This document shows, one piece after another, positions 42,969 to 52,806 of a stretch of DNA of 64,000 nt (the first letter of the stretch is position 1; the number at the start of each line of letters is the position of its first letter). The position numbers and the translations under genes were made by a program. Origin of the DNA: Burkholderiales bacterium (lineage in GTDB: Bacteria > Pseudomonadota > Gammaproteobacteria > Burkholderiales > SG8-39); NCBI GenBank assembly GCA_035310985.1, contig DATGDH010000058.1, forward strand, positions 130,028-194,027, written 5' to 3'. The notes below the pieces were generated by a model. It was not told where the DNA came from. It saw only the letters and a list, made by a program, of their open reading frames with translations, and searched no databases.

Positions 42969-44846
42969 ATGAGCGCGTCGGCGGTCCTGCTCCAGTTTCT
43001 GAACGGCCTGGCCGGCGCAAGCTCGCTATTCCTGGTCGCGGCGGGCCTGTCGCTCATCTTCGGCGTGACGCGCATCGTCAACTTCGCGCACGGCTCGTTC
43101 TACATGCTCGGGCTGTATCTCGCCTACACGCTGATCGGATACTTCGGCCACGGCGTAGCCGGCTTCTGGGGCGGCGTGCTGCTGTCGGGGATCTCGATCG
43201 GGCTCGCGGGCGCGCTGATCGAAAGCCTGCTGCTGCGCCGGCTGTACGCCGCGCCCGAACTGTTGCAGCTGCTCGCGACGTTCGCGCTGCTGCTGGTGAT
43301 CCAGGACTTCACGCTCTGGGCGTGGGGGCCCGAGGACCTGCTCGGGCCGCGCGCGCCGGGACTCGCGGGCGCGTTGACCATCGCGGGAGGACGCTTCCCC
43401 GAGTACGACCTGCTGCTGATCGTGCTCGGACCTGCGGTGCTGCTCGCGCTGCACCTGCTGCTGCGCCGCACCCGGTGGGGCACTCTGGTGCGCGCCGCGA
43501 CGCAGGACCGCGAAATGGCCGGCGCGCTCGGCGTCAATCAGAAATGGCTATTCACCGGCGTGTTTGCGCTCGGCGCCCTGCTCGCCGGGCTGGGCGGTGC
43601 GCTGCAGATTCCGCGCGAGCCGGCCAGCCTGTATCTCGACCTGTCTGTCATCGCCGACGCGTTCGTGGTCGTGGTGGTCGGCGGGCTCGGTTCTATCGGC
43701 GGGGCGTTTCTTGCCGCGCTCCTGATCGCCGAGGTCAAGGCCTTCTGCATCGGGATCGGCGACGTCGCCATCGCCGGCCAGGTCTTCTCGCTCTCCAAGC
43801 TCACGCTGGTGGTCGAGTTCGTCGTCATGGCGGTTGTGCTGGTGCTGCGCCCCTGGGGACTGCGCGGGCGGGCGCTCGCCCAATTGCGCGGCGCAGGTGC
43901 GAGCGAGCCACCGCTCAGGCCGCCGTCACGCGCCGCCATGGGCGCGCTGGGGGCGCTCGCGGGCGCGCTCGCGCTCGTGCCGCTGTTCGCGCACGGCTAC
44001 GCGCTCATCCTACTCACGGAGATTCTGGTGTTCGCCCTGCTCGCGGTCAGCCTGCACTTCATCATGGGGCCGGGCGGGCTGCACTCCTTCGGCCACGCGG
44101 CGTATTTCGGGCTCGGCGCTTACGGCGCCGCGCTGCTGTTGCAGCGAGGTGGGCTGCCGATGGAGCTCGCCCTGCCGCTCGGCCCCCTGCTCTCCGGCGC
44201 CGCGGCTTTGGCGTTCGGCTGGTTCTGCGTGCGGCTGTCTGGAGTCTATTTCGCGATGCTCACGCTCGCCTTCGCGCAGATCAGCTGGTCCGTCGTGTTC
44301 CAGTGGGATGCGCTGACAGGGGGCTCGAACGGCATGATCGGCATCTGGCCTGCCTCGTGGCTTTCGTCGGGCACGGCTTACTACTACCTCACGCTCGCCG
44401 CGTGTACGGCGGCCATCGCCGCACTGTGGCGCATCGTCTACTCGCCATTCGGCTACGCGCTGCGCGCCGGCCGGGACTCTCCCTTGCGCGCCGGCGCGAT
44501 CGGCATCGACGTGCGCGCCCAGCAATGGGCTGCCTTCGTGATCGCCGGCCTGTTCGCAGGTGCGAGCGGCGCGCTATTCGCCTTTTCCAAGGGGTCCATC
44601 TCCCCCGAATCGCTCGCCGTCCCACGCTCGGTCGACAGCCTCGTGATGGTGCTGCTCGGCGGCATCCAGACATTGACCGGACCGGTATGGGGTGCGGCGC
44701 TCTTCATCTGGTTGCAGGACACCGTCTCGCGCAGCGTCGAATACTGGCGTGCCCTGATCGGCCTCGTGATTCTCGCCCTGGTGCTCGTCTTTCCGCAGGG
44801 AATGGCGGGCTTCCTGCGCGCACGATTCGCGGGCGCGGAGGGATGA
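42969..44846 (+). CDS. fused LivH-like/LivM-like ABC transporter permease
   Basis: 625 aa. The N-terminal half resembles LivH (LNGLAGASSLFLVAAGLSLIFGVTRIVNFAHG). The C-terminal half resembles LivM (…SLHFIMGPGGLHSFGHAAYFGLGAYG…). Start trimmed to ATG 42969. Confidence 0.85.
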   Translation: MSASAVLLQFLNGLAGASSLFLVAAGLSLIFGVTRIVNFAHGSFYMLGLYLAYTLIGYFGHGVAGFWGGVLLSGISIGLAGALIESLLLRRLYAAPELLQLLATFALLLVIQDFTLWAWGPEDLLGPRAPGLAGALTIAGGRFPEYDLLLIVLGPAVLLALHLLLRRTRWGTLVRAATQDREMAGALGVNQKWLFTGVFALGALLAGLGGALQIPREPASLYLDLSVIADAFVVVVVGGLGSIGGAFLAALLIAEVKAFCIGIGDVAIAGQVFSLSKLTLVVEFVVMAVVLVLRPWGLRGRALAQLRGAGASEPPLRPPSRAAMGALGALAGALALVPLFAHGYALILLTEILVFALLAVSLHFIMGPGGLHSFGHAAYFGLGAYGAALLLQRGGLPMELALPLGPLLSGAAALAFGWFCVRLSGVYFAMLTLAFAQISWSVVFQWDALTGGSNGMIGIWPASWLSSGTAYYYLTLAACTAAIAALWRIVYSPFGYALRAGRDSPLRAGAIGIDVRAQQWAAFVIAGLFAGASGALFAFSKGSISPESLAVPRSVDSLVMVLLGGIQTLTGPVWGAALFIWLQDTVSRSVEYWRALIGLVILALVLVFPQGMAGFLRARFAGAEG

Positions 44847-44849
44847 GCT

Positions 44850-45608
44850 ATGAGCGAGCCGATCCTGCAGGTGAGCGGTCTGACCAAGGCCTATGGCGGC
44901 GTGCGCGCGGTGTCCGGGGTCAGCTTCTCGGTCGCGCCGGGCGAACTGGTGGCGATGATCGGTCCCAACGGCGCTGGCAAGACCACCTGCTTCAACATGC
45001 TAAACGGACAGGTCGCGCCCGACGCGGGGCGCATCGAGCTCGCGGGCCGCGCCGTGGTGGGCCGCAAGCCGCACGAAATCTGGCGTCTGGGCGTCGGACG
45101 CACGTTCCAGATTACCGCGACGTTCGGCTCCATGACGGTACGCGAAAACGTCCAGCTGGCGCTGCTCTCGCAGCACCGGCGCCTGCGCTCGCTCAGCGCG
45201 CTTGCCAGCCGCAGCTATGTCCCCGACGCCGATGCGCTGCTCGCGCATGTCGGCATGCTCGCGCAGGCCGGACGCCCTTGCGCGGTGCTCGCCTACGGCG
45301 ACCTGAAGCGCGTCGAGCTTGCGGTCGCCCTGGCGAACCGGCCGCGGCTGCTGCTGATGGACGAACCGACGGCAGGAATGGCGCCGCGGGAACGAGGCGA
45401 GCTGATGCAGCTCGTCTCCGGTCTGGCGCATGCTCAGAACATGGCCGTACTGTTCACCGAGCACGACATGGACGTCGTATTCGGACATGCCGACCGCATC
45501 ATCGTGCTCAGTCGCGGCGAGCTGATCGCACAGGGAAAGCCTGACGAGGTGCGCGCCAATCCGCAGGTGCAGGAGGTCTACCTCGGGAGCCGTTTCGCGC
45601 ATGCTTGA
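44850..45608 (+). CDS. ABC transporter ATP-binding protein (LivG-like)
   Basis: Walker A GPNGAGKTT, signature region, Walker B LLLMDEPTAGM and H-loop TEHDM. Confidence 0.9.
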   Translation: MSEPILQVSGLTKAYGGVRAVSGVSFSVAPGELVAMIGPNGAGKTTCFNMLNGQVAPDAGRIELAGRAVVGRKPHEIWRLGVGRTFQITATFGSMTVRENVQLALLSQHRRLRSLSALASRSYVPDADALLAHVGMLAQAGRPCAVLAYGDLKRVELAVALANRPRLLLMDEPTAGMAPRERGELMQLVSGLAHAQNMAVLFTEHDMDVVFGHADRIIVLSRGELIAQGKPDEVRANPQVQEVYLGSRFAHA

Positions 45609-46302
45609 AATCAGGCGACTGAACGCCGGCTACGGGCGGGCGCGAATTCTCTTCGATCTGGATCTCGACGCACGCCATGGCGAGGTCGTAGTGCTCCTCG
45701 GCCGCAACGGCGCCGGCAAGTCCACTGTGCTCAAGACGATCATCGGCCTGGTGAGACCGACTTCCGGGGAGATCCGGTTTGCCGGCAAACGGATCGACCG
45801 CCTGCAGCCGTTCCAGATCGCACGCCTCGGAATCGGCTACGTGCCCGAGGACCGACGCATCTTCACCGACCTCACAGTGGCTGAGAACCTCGAGGTGGGG
45901 CGCCGGCCTGCGCGCGCCGACGCGACGCACTGGACGAGCGACAAGCTGTTCAGGCTATTTCCCAATCTCGCGGAGATGCGCAACCGCCGCGGCGCGCACA
46001 TGTCCGGCGGCGAGCAGCAGATGCTCACCATCGCGCGCACGCTGATGGGCAATCCCCGCGCTGTCCTGCTCGACGAGCCCTCCGAGGGGCTCGCGCCGCT
46101 AATCGTGCAGCAGATGGCGCGCACCGTGCTCCAGCTGAAGCAAGAGGGCTTGACGGTGCTGCTCTGCGAGCAGAACCTGCGTTTCGCGCAGGCGGTTGCC
46201 GATCGCGCTTTCGTGCTCGAGAAGGGTCATGTGCGATATTCCGGCGCCATGCGCGCGCTGGAAGCCGATGCCGCGCTGCGCGAGCAGTATCTCTCGCTAT
46301 AG
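45601..46302 (+). CDS. ABC transporter ATP-binding protein (LivF-like)
   Basis: Walker A GRNGAGKST, signature MSGGEQQML and Walker B VLLDEPSEGL. 8-nt overlap with the preceding ATPase gene. Confidence 0.9.
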   Translation: MLEIRRLNAGYGRARILFDLDLDARHGEVVVLLGRNGAGKSTVLKTIIGLVRPTSGEIRFAGKRIDRLQPFQIARLGIGYVPEDRRIFTDLTVAENLEVGRRPARADATHWTSDKLFRLFPNLAEMRNRRGAHMSGGEQQMLTIARTLMGNPRAVLLDEPSEGLAPLIVQQMARTVLQLKQEGLTVLLCEQNLRFAQAVADRAFVLEKGHVRYSGAMRALEADAALREQYLSL

Positions 46303-46322
46303 AAGATAAGTTGGGCCACACG

Positions 46323-47231
46323 ATGATCGTCCAAGACCGCAGCCTGCAGCGCTACGCCTGGCTCTCGGTGGGCACCGCGCTGCTCACCATCGCGCTCAAG
46401 GCCGCCGCGTGGCTGACGACCGGATCCGTCGGCATGCTGTCCGACGCGCTGGAGTCGCTGGTCAACTTGGTGGCGGCGCTGCTCGCGCTGTGGATGCTGC
46501 GGCTGGCGGAGGCGCCCCCGGATTCGGAGCACCCTTTCGGTCGCTCGAAAGCCGAATACTTCTCCAGTGGATTCGAGGGCGCGCTTATCGTTCTCGCCGC
46601 GGCCGGCATCATCTATGCCGCGGTGCCGCGCCTGATCTCGCCCAAAACGCTCGATGCGCCGGCGCTCGGCATCACCATCTCGGTGATCGCGTCGGCGGTC
46701 AATTTCTGGACCGCGCGCGTGCTGCTCGCCGCGGGTGCGCGCTATCACAGCATCACGCTCGAGGCCGACGCGCGGCACCTGTTGACCGATGTCTGGACCT
46801 CCGCCGGCGTGCTCGTGGCGGTGGCGCTGGTCGCCGTCAGCGGATGGCTGTTGCTCGATCCGCTCATCGCCATCGCCGTGGCGGTGAACATCGTGTGGAC
46901 CGGTGCGAAGCTGATGCGTCGCTCGTTCGCCGGCCTGCTCGACGCCGCGATTCCGGAGGCCGAGCGCAACGAGGTCAGCAAGATCCTGCAGGAGTACGCG
47001 AACCGCTACGGCGTCGCGTTCCATGCGGTACGCACAAGGCGCGCCGGCGCGCGCCGCTTCGTCTCGTTCCACCTGCTTGTGCCGGACGCGTGGACCGTGC
47101 ACCACGCGCACCAGATCGCCGAGGAGATCGAGGCGCGCATCGGCGCACTGTTGCCGCACGCCTCGCTGTTCAGTCACATCGAGCCGATTTCGGATCCGCG
47201 GTCCTACGACGACATCGAGCTCGAGCGCTGA
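46323..47231 (+). CDS. cation diffusion facilitator (CDF) family metal efflux transporter
   Basis: TM2 motif SVGMLSDALESLVNL, HPFGRSKAEY, TM5 HLLTDVWTS and a C-terminal cytoplasmic domain. ATG 46323 chosen. The track start at 46311 is a TTG four codons upstream. Confidence 0.85.
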   Translation: MIVQDRSLQRYAWLSVGTALLTIALKAAAWLTTGSVGMLSDALESLVNLVAALLALWMLRLAEAPPDSEHPFGRSKAEYFSSGFEGALIVLAAAGIIYAAVPRLISPKTLDAPALGITISVIASAVNFWTARVLLAAGARYHSITLEADARHLLTDVWTSAGVLVAVALVAVSGWLLLDPLIAIAVAVNIVWTGAKLMRRSFAGLLDAAIPEAERNEVSKILQEYANRYGVAFHAVRTRRAGARRFVSFHLLVPDAWTVHHAHQIAEEIEARIGALLPHASLFSHIEPISDPRSYDDIELER

Positions 47232-47240
47232 CAGGAGCAC

Positions 47241-48332
47241 TCAGGCCGGCACGGGCTCGAGCAGCGTCACGGTCCGGTACTCCGCGAGCGCAGGCACGTC
47301 GGGCGCCACGTGCATACGCCGCTGCTCGAGCTCCATGATGACCGATGCCACCGATTCCAGCCGCACCTCCGCCGCGAGCGCGGGATCCGGGCGCCGGCAG
47401 ATCGACAGGAAGCCCGCGCTCTCGTCCCGCAGGATGCGCTTCAGCCCCGCTACGCCGAGCGCGTGCTGCGTCGCCGCCAGCGCCTGTGCGCGCGCCAGCC
47501 GCGGCTCCGAGGACAGGCTCGGCGGCAGCGCCGCTTCGCCGGGACCGCCCGCCGCGCGCAAAAAATGGTTCGTATGGCAGAGTACCGCGCCGTCGTCGCG
47601 CAGTACCTGCAGGCCCTGCGGCGAGAACTCGAGGTTTGCGGCGGCGCCGCCAGCATCGGCGCACAGCACGTTGGACGAGGCGCCGTAGGAGAACCCGGCG
47701 GCGAAGGCCTGCGCCCGCTCGACATCTTTGCACTTCAACAATGCGCGCAGCAGCGCGTGCACGGGCACACCCGGCTTGGCGCCGTCGGCGCTCGAACGCA
47801 GGATGTTCAGGCACACGCCGAAGCCGTGCCGGTTAAGGCCGATCTTGGCGAGCATGCCGGCCTCGGTGAGCGTGAGGCACGCCGAGCCGTCGGTCTCGTG
47901 AATGCGCAGCAGCACGAGCGCGCGCCGCTGCGCGCCGACCCAGTCCCAGTTCTGCGCGAGCAGCGTGCCGCCGGTTTCGCTGAGCGCCGGCGGCACCGCG
48001 AGCGCCGTGCATTCGCCGAAGTCGGCGTAGCGCGGCGCGAGATACGAAGCCGGCAGGATTTCGGTGCGCGCATTGAGTGCAAGGATTTCGTTTACGTTCC
48101 TGCGGCTGCCCTCCGCAATACCGGCGATCTCCTCGAGCAGCTCCGCGTCCAGCCGGGCGATCGCGTCGCCGTATGCGGCAGCGCGCTCCTGCGCGGCGCT
48201 CCACTCGATACCGCAATAGGCGAACAGGCCGGCGTAGGTGGCGATCGACCGCTCGATCTGCGCCCGTGCCAGGCGGCCATACGTGCGCCCCCGTTCGCGC
48301 GGCGTGCCCGCTACATCGATCAGGGGAAACAT
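47241..48332 (-). CDS. C45-family peptidase / acyl-CoA:6-aminopenicillanic-acid acyltransferase-like (Ntn hydrolase)
   Basis: …GECTALAV… (putative N-terminal nucleophile Cys after autoprocessing), LLAQNWDW and CHTNHF motifs. Start moved to ATG 48332, which has GGAGG 8 nt upstream. Confidence 0.7.
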   Translation of the reverse strand: MFPLIDVAGTPRERGRTYGRLARAQIERSIATYAGLFAYCGIEWSAAQERAAAYGDAIARLDAELLEEIAGIAEGSRRNVNEILALNARTEILPASYLAPRYADFGECTALAVPPALSETGGTLLAQNWDWVGAQRRALVLLRIHETDGSACLTLTEAGMLAKIGLNRHGFGVCLNILRSSADGAKPGVPVHALLRALLKCKDVERAQAFAAGFSYGASSNVLCADAGGAAANLEFSPQGLQVLRDDGAVLCHTNHFLRAAGGPGEAALPPSLSSEPRLARAQALAATQHALGVAGLKRILRDESAGFLSICRRPDPALAAEVRLESVASVIMELEQRRMHVAPDVPALAEYRTVTLLEPVPA

Positions 48333-48349
48333 CGCCGCGGCCTCCATGG

Positions 48350-48940
48350 CTACGCGACCTTGCAGACTTCGTCGAACTCGAAGCGCGGGTTGCGCGCGAA
48401 CACCTTCGACGGGTCGCCGTGCCCGAGGTTGACGAGGAAGTTCGACTTGAAGCGGCCGTCTGGAAAGAAGGCCGCGTCCACCTTCGCGTTGTCAAATCCG
48501 GACATCGGACCGCAATCCAGGCCCAGGGCGCGAGCCGCGATGATGAAATATGCGCCCTGCAGGGAGCTGTTGCGCAGCGCCGTACGCTCGGCATGGGGCT
48601 TCTTTTCCTCGCCTTCGTAGTTGTTCTTGGCCGCCGGGTTGTTCGGGAAGGTGCGCGGCAGATGCTCGTAGAAGCGCGTGTCGTAGGCGATGATGGCGGT
48701 GACCGGCGCCTTCATCGTCTTGTCCAGGTTGCCCGGGCTCAGGGCCGGCGCCAGCCTCTCCTTGGCCTGCTTCGAGCGCACGAAAACGATGCGCATGGGC
48801 TGGCTGTTCTGCGTGGTCGGGCCCCATTTCATCAGGTCGTAGATCTGGCGCAGTTGTTCGTCCGTGACCGGCCGATCGAGAAATCCGTTTTGCGTGCGCG
48901 CCGCACGAAACAGTACGTCGAAAGCCTGCGAATCGATCAT
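48350..48940 (-). CDS. nitroreductase-family protein, RutE/YdjA-like (malonic semialdehyde reductase-like)
   Basis: 196 aa. [38 protein letters not shown]…[11 protein letters not shown]… resembles RutE-type nitroreductases. Confidence 0.78.
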   Translation of the reverse strand: MIDSQAFDVLFRAARTQNGFLDRPVTDEQLRQIYDLMKWGPTTQNSQPMRIVFVRSKQAKERLAPALSPGNLDKTMKAPVTAIIAYDTRFYEHLPRTFPNNPAAKNNYEGEEKKPHAERTALRNSSLQGAYFIIAARALGLDCGPMSGFDNAKVDAAFFPDGRFKSNFLVNLGHGDPSKVFARNPRFEFDEVCKVA

Positions 48941-48983
48941 GAGACGCTCCGGACAAGCAAGGCGCGAATGTTAGCATCGGCGC

Positions 48984-50255
48984 ATGGCGCAGATCGCGGC
49001 GTCGGGTGGACTCGACCTGTCGGGCATCATACGTCCCGGCGATGGAGTCCTTTGGGGACAGGGCTGCGCGGAGCCGCAAACGCTCGTCGAAGCCTTCGTC
49101 GGGCAGCGCGAAGCCTATCCGGGCGCCAGCGCCTTTCTCGGAGTCAACTTCTCCGGCATCGTCCGGCCCGAGCACGCCGATCATCTGCGCCTGTATGCCT
49201 ACTGCGGCGCCGGGCGCAACCGCGCCCTGGCCGACGCGGGCGCGCTGGACATCCTGCCGGTGCCTTACTCGCAGCTTGCAGGGCTGATCCGCTCGCGGCG
49301 CATACGCGTGGACGTGCTGATGCTGCAGCTCAGCCCGCCGAATGCGCGCGGCGAGCACAGCCTCGGGCTCGCTGCGGAGTATCTCGTGCCGGCGCTCGAG
49401 GCCGCGCGCGTGATCGTCGCCGAAATCAACGAGCGCGTGCCGTGGACGTATACCGAGCGGCTGCTGCGCGCCGACCATCTGGACCTGGCGGTCTGCAGCT
49501 CGCGCGATCCCGCAGCCGCTCCCTACGGCCCGCCCGGCGAGATCGAACGCCGCATCGCGGCGCACGCCAGCGCCTACGTGCCGGACGGCGCTACGCTCGA
49601 GACCGGCCTGGGCGCTCTGCCCGACGCCGTGCTGCAGGCGCTCGGCGACCGGCGCGACTTGGGCGTCCATTCCGGGGCGCTCGGAGACGGGATCGTCGAC
49701 CTGATGCGCCGCGGCGTCATTACCAATATGCGCAAGGCGCTCGATCCGGGCCGCACCGTAGGCGGCGCGCTGCTCGGGACGCGCAAGCTGTTCGATTTCG
49801 CGCGCGACAGTCGCGACATCTGGCTGCGCAGCGTGGAGCACACGCACGATCCGCGCGTGCTCGCGCAGATTCCCAAGTTCGTCGCCATCAACTCGGCGAT
49901 CGAGGTCGATCTCACCGGTCAGGTGAACGCAGAGGTCGCCAACGGCTCGTATCTCGGCGCGGTCGGCGGGGCACCCGACTTCGTGCGCGCGGCCAACCAG
50001 TCGCCCGGCGGCGTGTCTCTCATCGCGCTGCGCTCGAGCGCCGGCACGCGCGCTTCGCGCATCGTTGGCCGGCTGTCGGGCCCGGTCGCGACGCCGCGCG
50101 CGGAGGCGGGCGTATTCGTAACGGAGTACGGCGCAGCCGACCTGCGCGGCCTGACGCTCGCCCAACGAATTCCGCGCATGATCTCGATCGCGCACCCCGC
50201 CTTTCGCGAAGATCTGGAGCGCACGGCGCGCGAGCAGGGGCTGCTGCGCGGCTAG
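48984..50255 (+). CDS. acetyl-CoA hydrolase/transferase family protein
   Basis: 423 aa. …GATLETGLGALPDAVL…, …INSAIEVDLTGQVNAE… and …GGAPDFVRAA… motifs typical of 4-hydroxybutyrate/acetate CoA-transferase-like enzymes. Confidence 0.8.
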   Translation: MAQIAASGGLDLSGIIRPGDGVLWGQGCAEPQTLVEAFVGQREAYPGASAFLGVNFSGIVRPEHADHLRLYAYCGAGRNRALADAGALDILPVPYSQLAGLIRSRRIRVDVLMLQLSPPNARGEHSLGLAAEYLVPALEAARVIVAEINERVPWTYTERLLRADHLDLAVCSSRDPAAAPYGPPGEIERRIAAHASAYVPDGATLETGLGALPDAVLQALGDRRDLGVHSGALGDGIVDLMRRGVITNMRKALDPGRTVGGALLGTRKLFDFARDSRDIWLRSVEHTHDPRVLAQIPKFVAINSAIEVDLTGQVNAEVANGSYLGAVGGAPDFVRAANQSPGGVSLIALRSSAGTRASRIVGRLSGPVATPRAEAGVFVTEYGAADLRGLTLAQRIPRMISIAHPAFREDLERTAREQGLLRG

Positions 50256-51490
50256 CGGAACTCGCGCAATTCGCGCACGGTCCAGAACGGCGCGGCCGCG
50301 AGCCCGACGAAGCACAGCGCGAAGGCAAAGCCGGTGCGATAGCCGCCGCTCAGATCGTGCAGCACGCCGCCCATGAACGAGCCGACCGCGGCGCCGAGCG
50401 CGTTCATCGCGTAGATCGTGCCGTATATCGTCGCGACGCGAGGTCCTGCGAAATAGCGCGTGCACACCGAGGAGATGATCGGCCCGCGCACCCCCTGGCA
50501 CAGGCCGAACACGGCCACATAGGCGACCAGCAGGCCGGTAGAGGGCCTGCCCGCGAGGATCATCAGCAGCACGATGCCGGTGGCCGTGCCGACAAAGCTC
50601 GCGGACACGGTCTGCCGGTAGCCGAAGCGCTCGGTGAGCAGACCGCTGCCGGTCACGCTCGCGACCGACAGCATGCCGACGAAGCCGAACGCGCTCGCCG
50701 CCGCGAGCGGCGAGAAGCCGGCATCGATCAGGAACGCCACGGTCTGCACGATGACGACGAACATGGCGACCGCGGTGCAGAAGAAGGCCTGCCCCATCGC
50801 CCGGTAGATTCGCGTGCGCATGGCCGCGCGCAAGGTCCAGCCGGACTGCAGCGACCTGTCGCGCGCGTCGGCCCGGTGCTGCGGATGGCCGGCGGCGATC
50901 GCGCGCCAGGGCACCGCGAACAGCACGACAGGCAGCGCGACGAACAGCAGGCTGCCGAGCGCCCGGTAGGCGATCTGCCAGCCGTAGTGCTCGACCAGCC
51001 ACTGTGAGAGCGGAACCAGGGTGATCGCGCCCGCCCCGACCGCAGAAAAAACGACACCGATAGCGACCGAGAGCCTGGCGCGGTACCAGCGCGAGAGCAG
51101 CCCCGAGGCGGGCACCATGCCGGTTAGCGCGGCGCCGACGCCCACTGCAACGCCGACCAGCAGGTAAAACTGCCACAGCAAGTGAAGGCTGCCGGCAAGG
51201 AAGAATGCGCTGGCCAGCAGCGCGAGACCCGCGGCGTACACCCAGCGCGCTCCCAGCCTGTCGAATACGTGCCCGACCAGCGGCGAAGTGAATCCGCTGA
51301 CGAGCAGGTAGAGCGAATAGACGCCGGTCAGCTGCGAACGGCTCCAGCCGAACTCGTGTTGCAGCGGCAGCAGGAACACCGTGTAGGTGTCGCTCATGCC
51401 GCGTCCGAGCATGTTGAGCGCGAAACACACGGCGAGCGCAATCAGCGCCGTACGCAAGTGGCGCGCCGATACTTCGGCAGTCTGCTGCAA
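50252..51490 (-). CDS. MFS transporter
   Basis: 12-TM-like hydrophobic profile with the MFS loop motif (GHVFDRLGARW). Start set to TTG 51490 (GAGGA 5 nt upstream), because the track's longer ORF overlaps pncB. The start is uncertain. Confidence 0.72.
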   Translation of the reverse strand: MQQTAEVSARHLRTALIALAVCFALNMLGRGMSDTYTVFLLPLQHEFGWSRSQLTGVYSLYLLVSGFTSPLVGHVFDRLGARWVYAAGLALLASAFFLAGSLHLLWQFYLLVGVAVGVGAALTGMVPASGLLSRWYRARLSVAIGVVFSAVGAGAITLVPLSQWLVEHYGWQIAYRALGSLLFVALPVVLFAVPWRAIAAGHPQHRADARDRSLQSGWTLRAAMRTRIYRAMGQAFFCTAVAMFVVIVQTVAFLIDAGFSPLAAASAFGFVGMLSVASVTGSGLLTERFGYRQTVSASFVGTATGIVLLMILAGRPSTGLLVAYVAVFGLCQGVRGPIISSVCTRYFAGPRVATIYGTIYAMNALGAAVGSFMGGVLHDLSGGYRTGFAFALCFVGLAAAPFWTVRELREFR

Positions 51491-51498
51491 CGAGATCC

Positions 51499-52680
51499 TC
51501 AGGCCGGCGGGGCCAGGCCGAACACCTGCCGAAGATACGCCAGGTAGCGCTCGTCCTTGCACATCGTTTTGCCTGGCGAGTCGGACACCTTGGCCACGGG
51601 CTGGCCGTTGCACTCGGTCATCTTGATGACGATGTTAAGCGGCTCGTAGCCGACGTCGTTAGTCAGGTTGGTGCCGATGCCGAACGCGGTCTTGACGCGG
51701 CCGTGGAAGCGCCGCGCGATTTCGATGGCGAGCGGGAACGAAAGCTGGTCGGAGAAGATGAGCGTCTTCGAGCGCGGATCGACGCGGTTCTTGTGGTAGT
51801 GCGCGATCAGCCGCTCGCCCCACTCGAACGGATCGCCGGAGTCGTGGCGCGCGCCGTCGAAGAGCTTGCAGAAGTACATGTCGAAGTCGCGCAAAAAGGC
51901 GTCCAGACCGTAGGTATCCGAGAGCGCGATGCCGAGATCGCCGCGGTATTCCTTGGCCCAGGTATCGAACGCGAACACCTGCGAGTCGCGCAGCCTCGGG
52001 CCAAGCGCCTGGCAGGCCTGCATGTACTCGTGCCCGAAGGTGCCGAGCGGGGTAAAGTCGTTGCGCATCGAAAACCAGACATTCGACGTCCCGGCGAAGT
52101 GATCCGGGATCTCATGTCTCAGCGTCTTAAGGGCCTCCTCGTGCCAGGCAGAAGAATAGCGCCGGCGCGTGCCGAAGTCGGATATCTTGAAGCCGAGCGC
52201 GGGATCCACGGTGCGCACCAGGTCGATCTTGGACTTTAGGCGCCGCCGGCCCTCCTCCAGGTTGAAGTCGGGCCTTGCGCGCCGGAAGTACACCTCCGAG
52301 ATGATTGCCAGCACGGGTATCTCGAAGAGGATCGTGTGCAACCAGGGCCCGTGGATCGTGATGTCGATTTCGCCCTCCGACCCGGCAAGCGGCTCGATGC
52401 GCAGGAAGCGTCCGTTGAGCTGAAACAGGCCGAGGAAATCGACGAAATCGGACTTGAGGAAGCGCTGGCTTCGCAGGTAGCCGAGCTCTTCGTCGCGGAA
52501 GCGCAGGCCGCACAGTGCGTCGACCTCCTTCCGGATTTCGTCGACGTGGCGCTGCAGATCGATCCCCTCCGTGCGGCACTTGAACTTGTATTCGACCTGC
52601 GCGGCGGGAAACTGATGCAGCACGACCTGCATCATGGTGAACTTGTACAGGTCCGTATCGAGCAGCGACTGGATGATCAC
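51499..52680 (-). CDS. pncB: nicotinate phosphoribosyltransferase
   Basis: [24 protein letters not shown]…EYKF.CR and the GTSN… motifs of PncB. Start set to GTG 52680 (GGAG 6 nt upstream), which reproduces the usual MII.SLLDTD N-terminus. Confidence 0.88.
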   Translation of the reverse strand: MIIQSLLDTDLYKFTMMQVVLHQFPAAQVEYKFKCRTEGIDLQRHVDEIRKEVDALCGLRFRDEELGYLRSQRFLKSDFVDFLGLFQLNGRFLRIEPLAGSEGEIDITIHGPWLHTILFEIPVLAIISEVYFRRARPDFNLEEGRRRLKSKIDLVRTVDPALGFKISDFGTRRRYSSAWHEEALKTLRHEIPDHFAGTSNVWFSMRNDFTPLGTFGHEYMQACQALGPRLRDSQVFAFDTWAKEYRGDLGIALSDTYGLDAFLRDFDMYFCKLFDGARHDSGDPFEWGERLIAHYHKNRVDPRSKTLIFSDQLSFPLAIEIARRFHGRVKTAFGIGTNLTNDVGYEPLNIVIKMTECNGQPVAKVSDSPGKTMCKDERYLAYLRQVFGLAPPA

Positions 52681-52742
52681 GGCGAGCTCCGCAGCGGCGC
52701 ATTGTAGCCGAGACGCCCGACGCACCTGCCCCGGACGCCCCC

Positions 52743-52770
52743 TTGCCTAGCGCTTGATACTGGATATAAT
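52743..52770 (+). promoter_or_regulatory. candidate lexA promoter
   Basis: TTGCCT (52743-52748), a 16-nt spacer, then a perfect TATAAT (52765-52770). The -10 lies inside SOS box 1. Confidence 0.45.
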
Positions 52771-52775
52771 TCCAG
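52760..52775 (+). promoter_or_regulatory. SOS (LexA) box 1
   Basis: taCTGGATATAATTCCAGcg fits CTG-N10-CAG with an AT-rich core. It differs from CTGT-N8-ACAG at the fourth position of each half-site. Confidence 0.55.
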
Positions 52776-52777
52776 CG

Positions 52778-52793
52778 GTGTAAATAGACACAG
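52778..52793 (+). promoter_or_regulatory. SOS (LexA) box 2
   Basis: GTGTAAATAGACACAG has one mismatch to CTGT-N8-ACAG. It ends 13 nt before the lexA ATG. Confidence 0.5.
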
Positions 52794-52806
52794 TCCATAC
52801 CCCGAC

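Noticed and set aside
48077-51428. Two ~975-aa ORFs (48077..51007 plus strand; 48492..51428 minus strand)
   Set aside because: They run across three well-supported genes (nitroreductase, CoA-transferase, MFS) in wrong frames or strands. Extreme Arg/Ala/Gly content marks them as a stop-codon-poor GC artefact.
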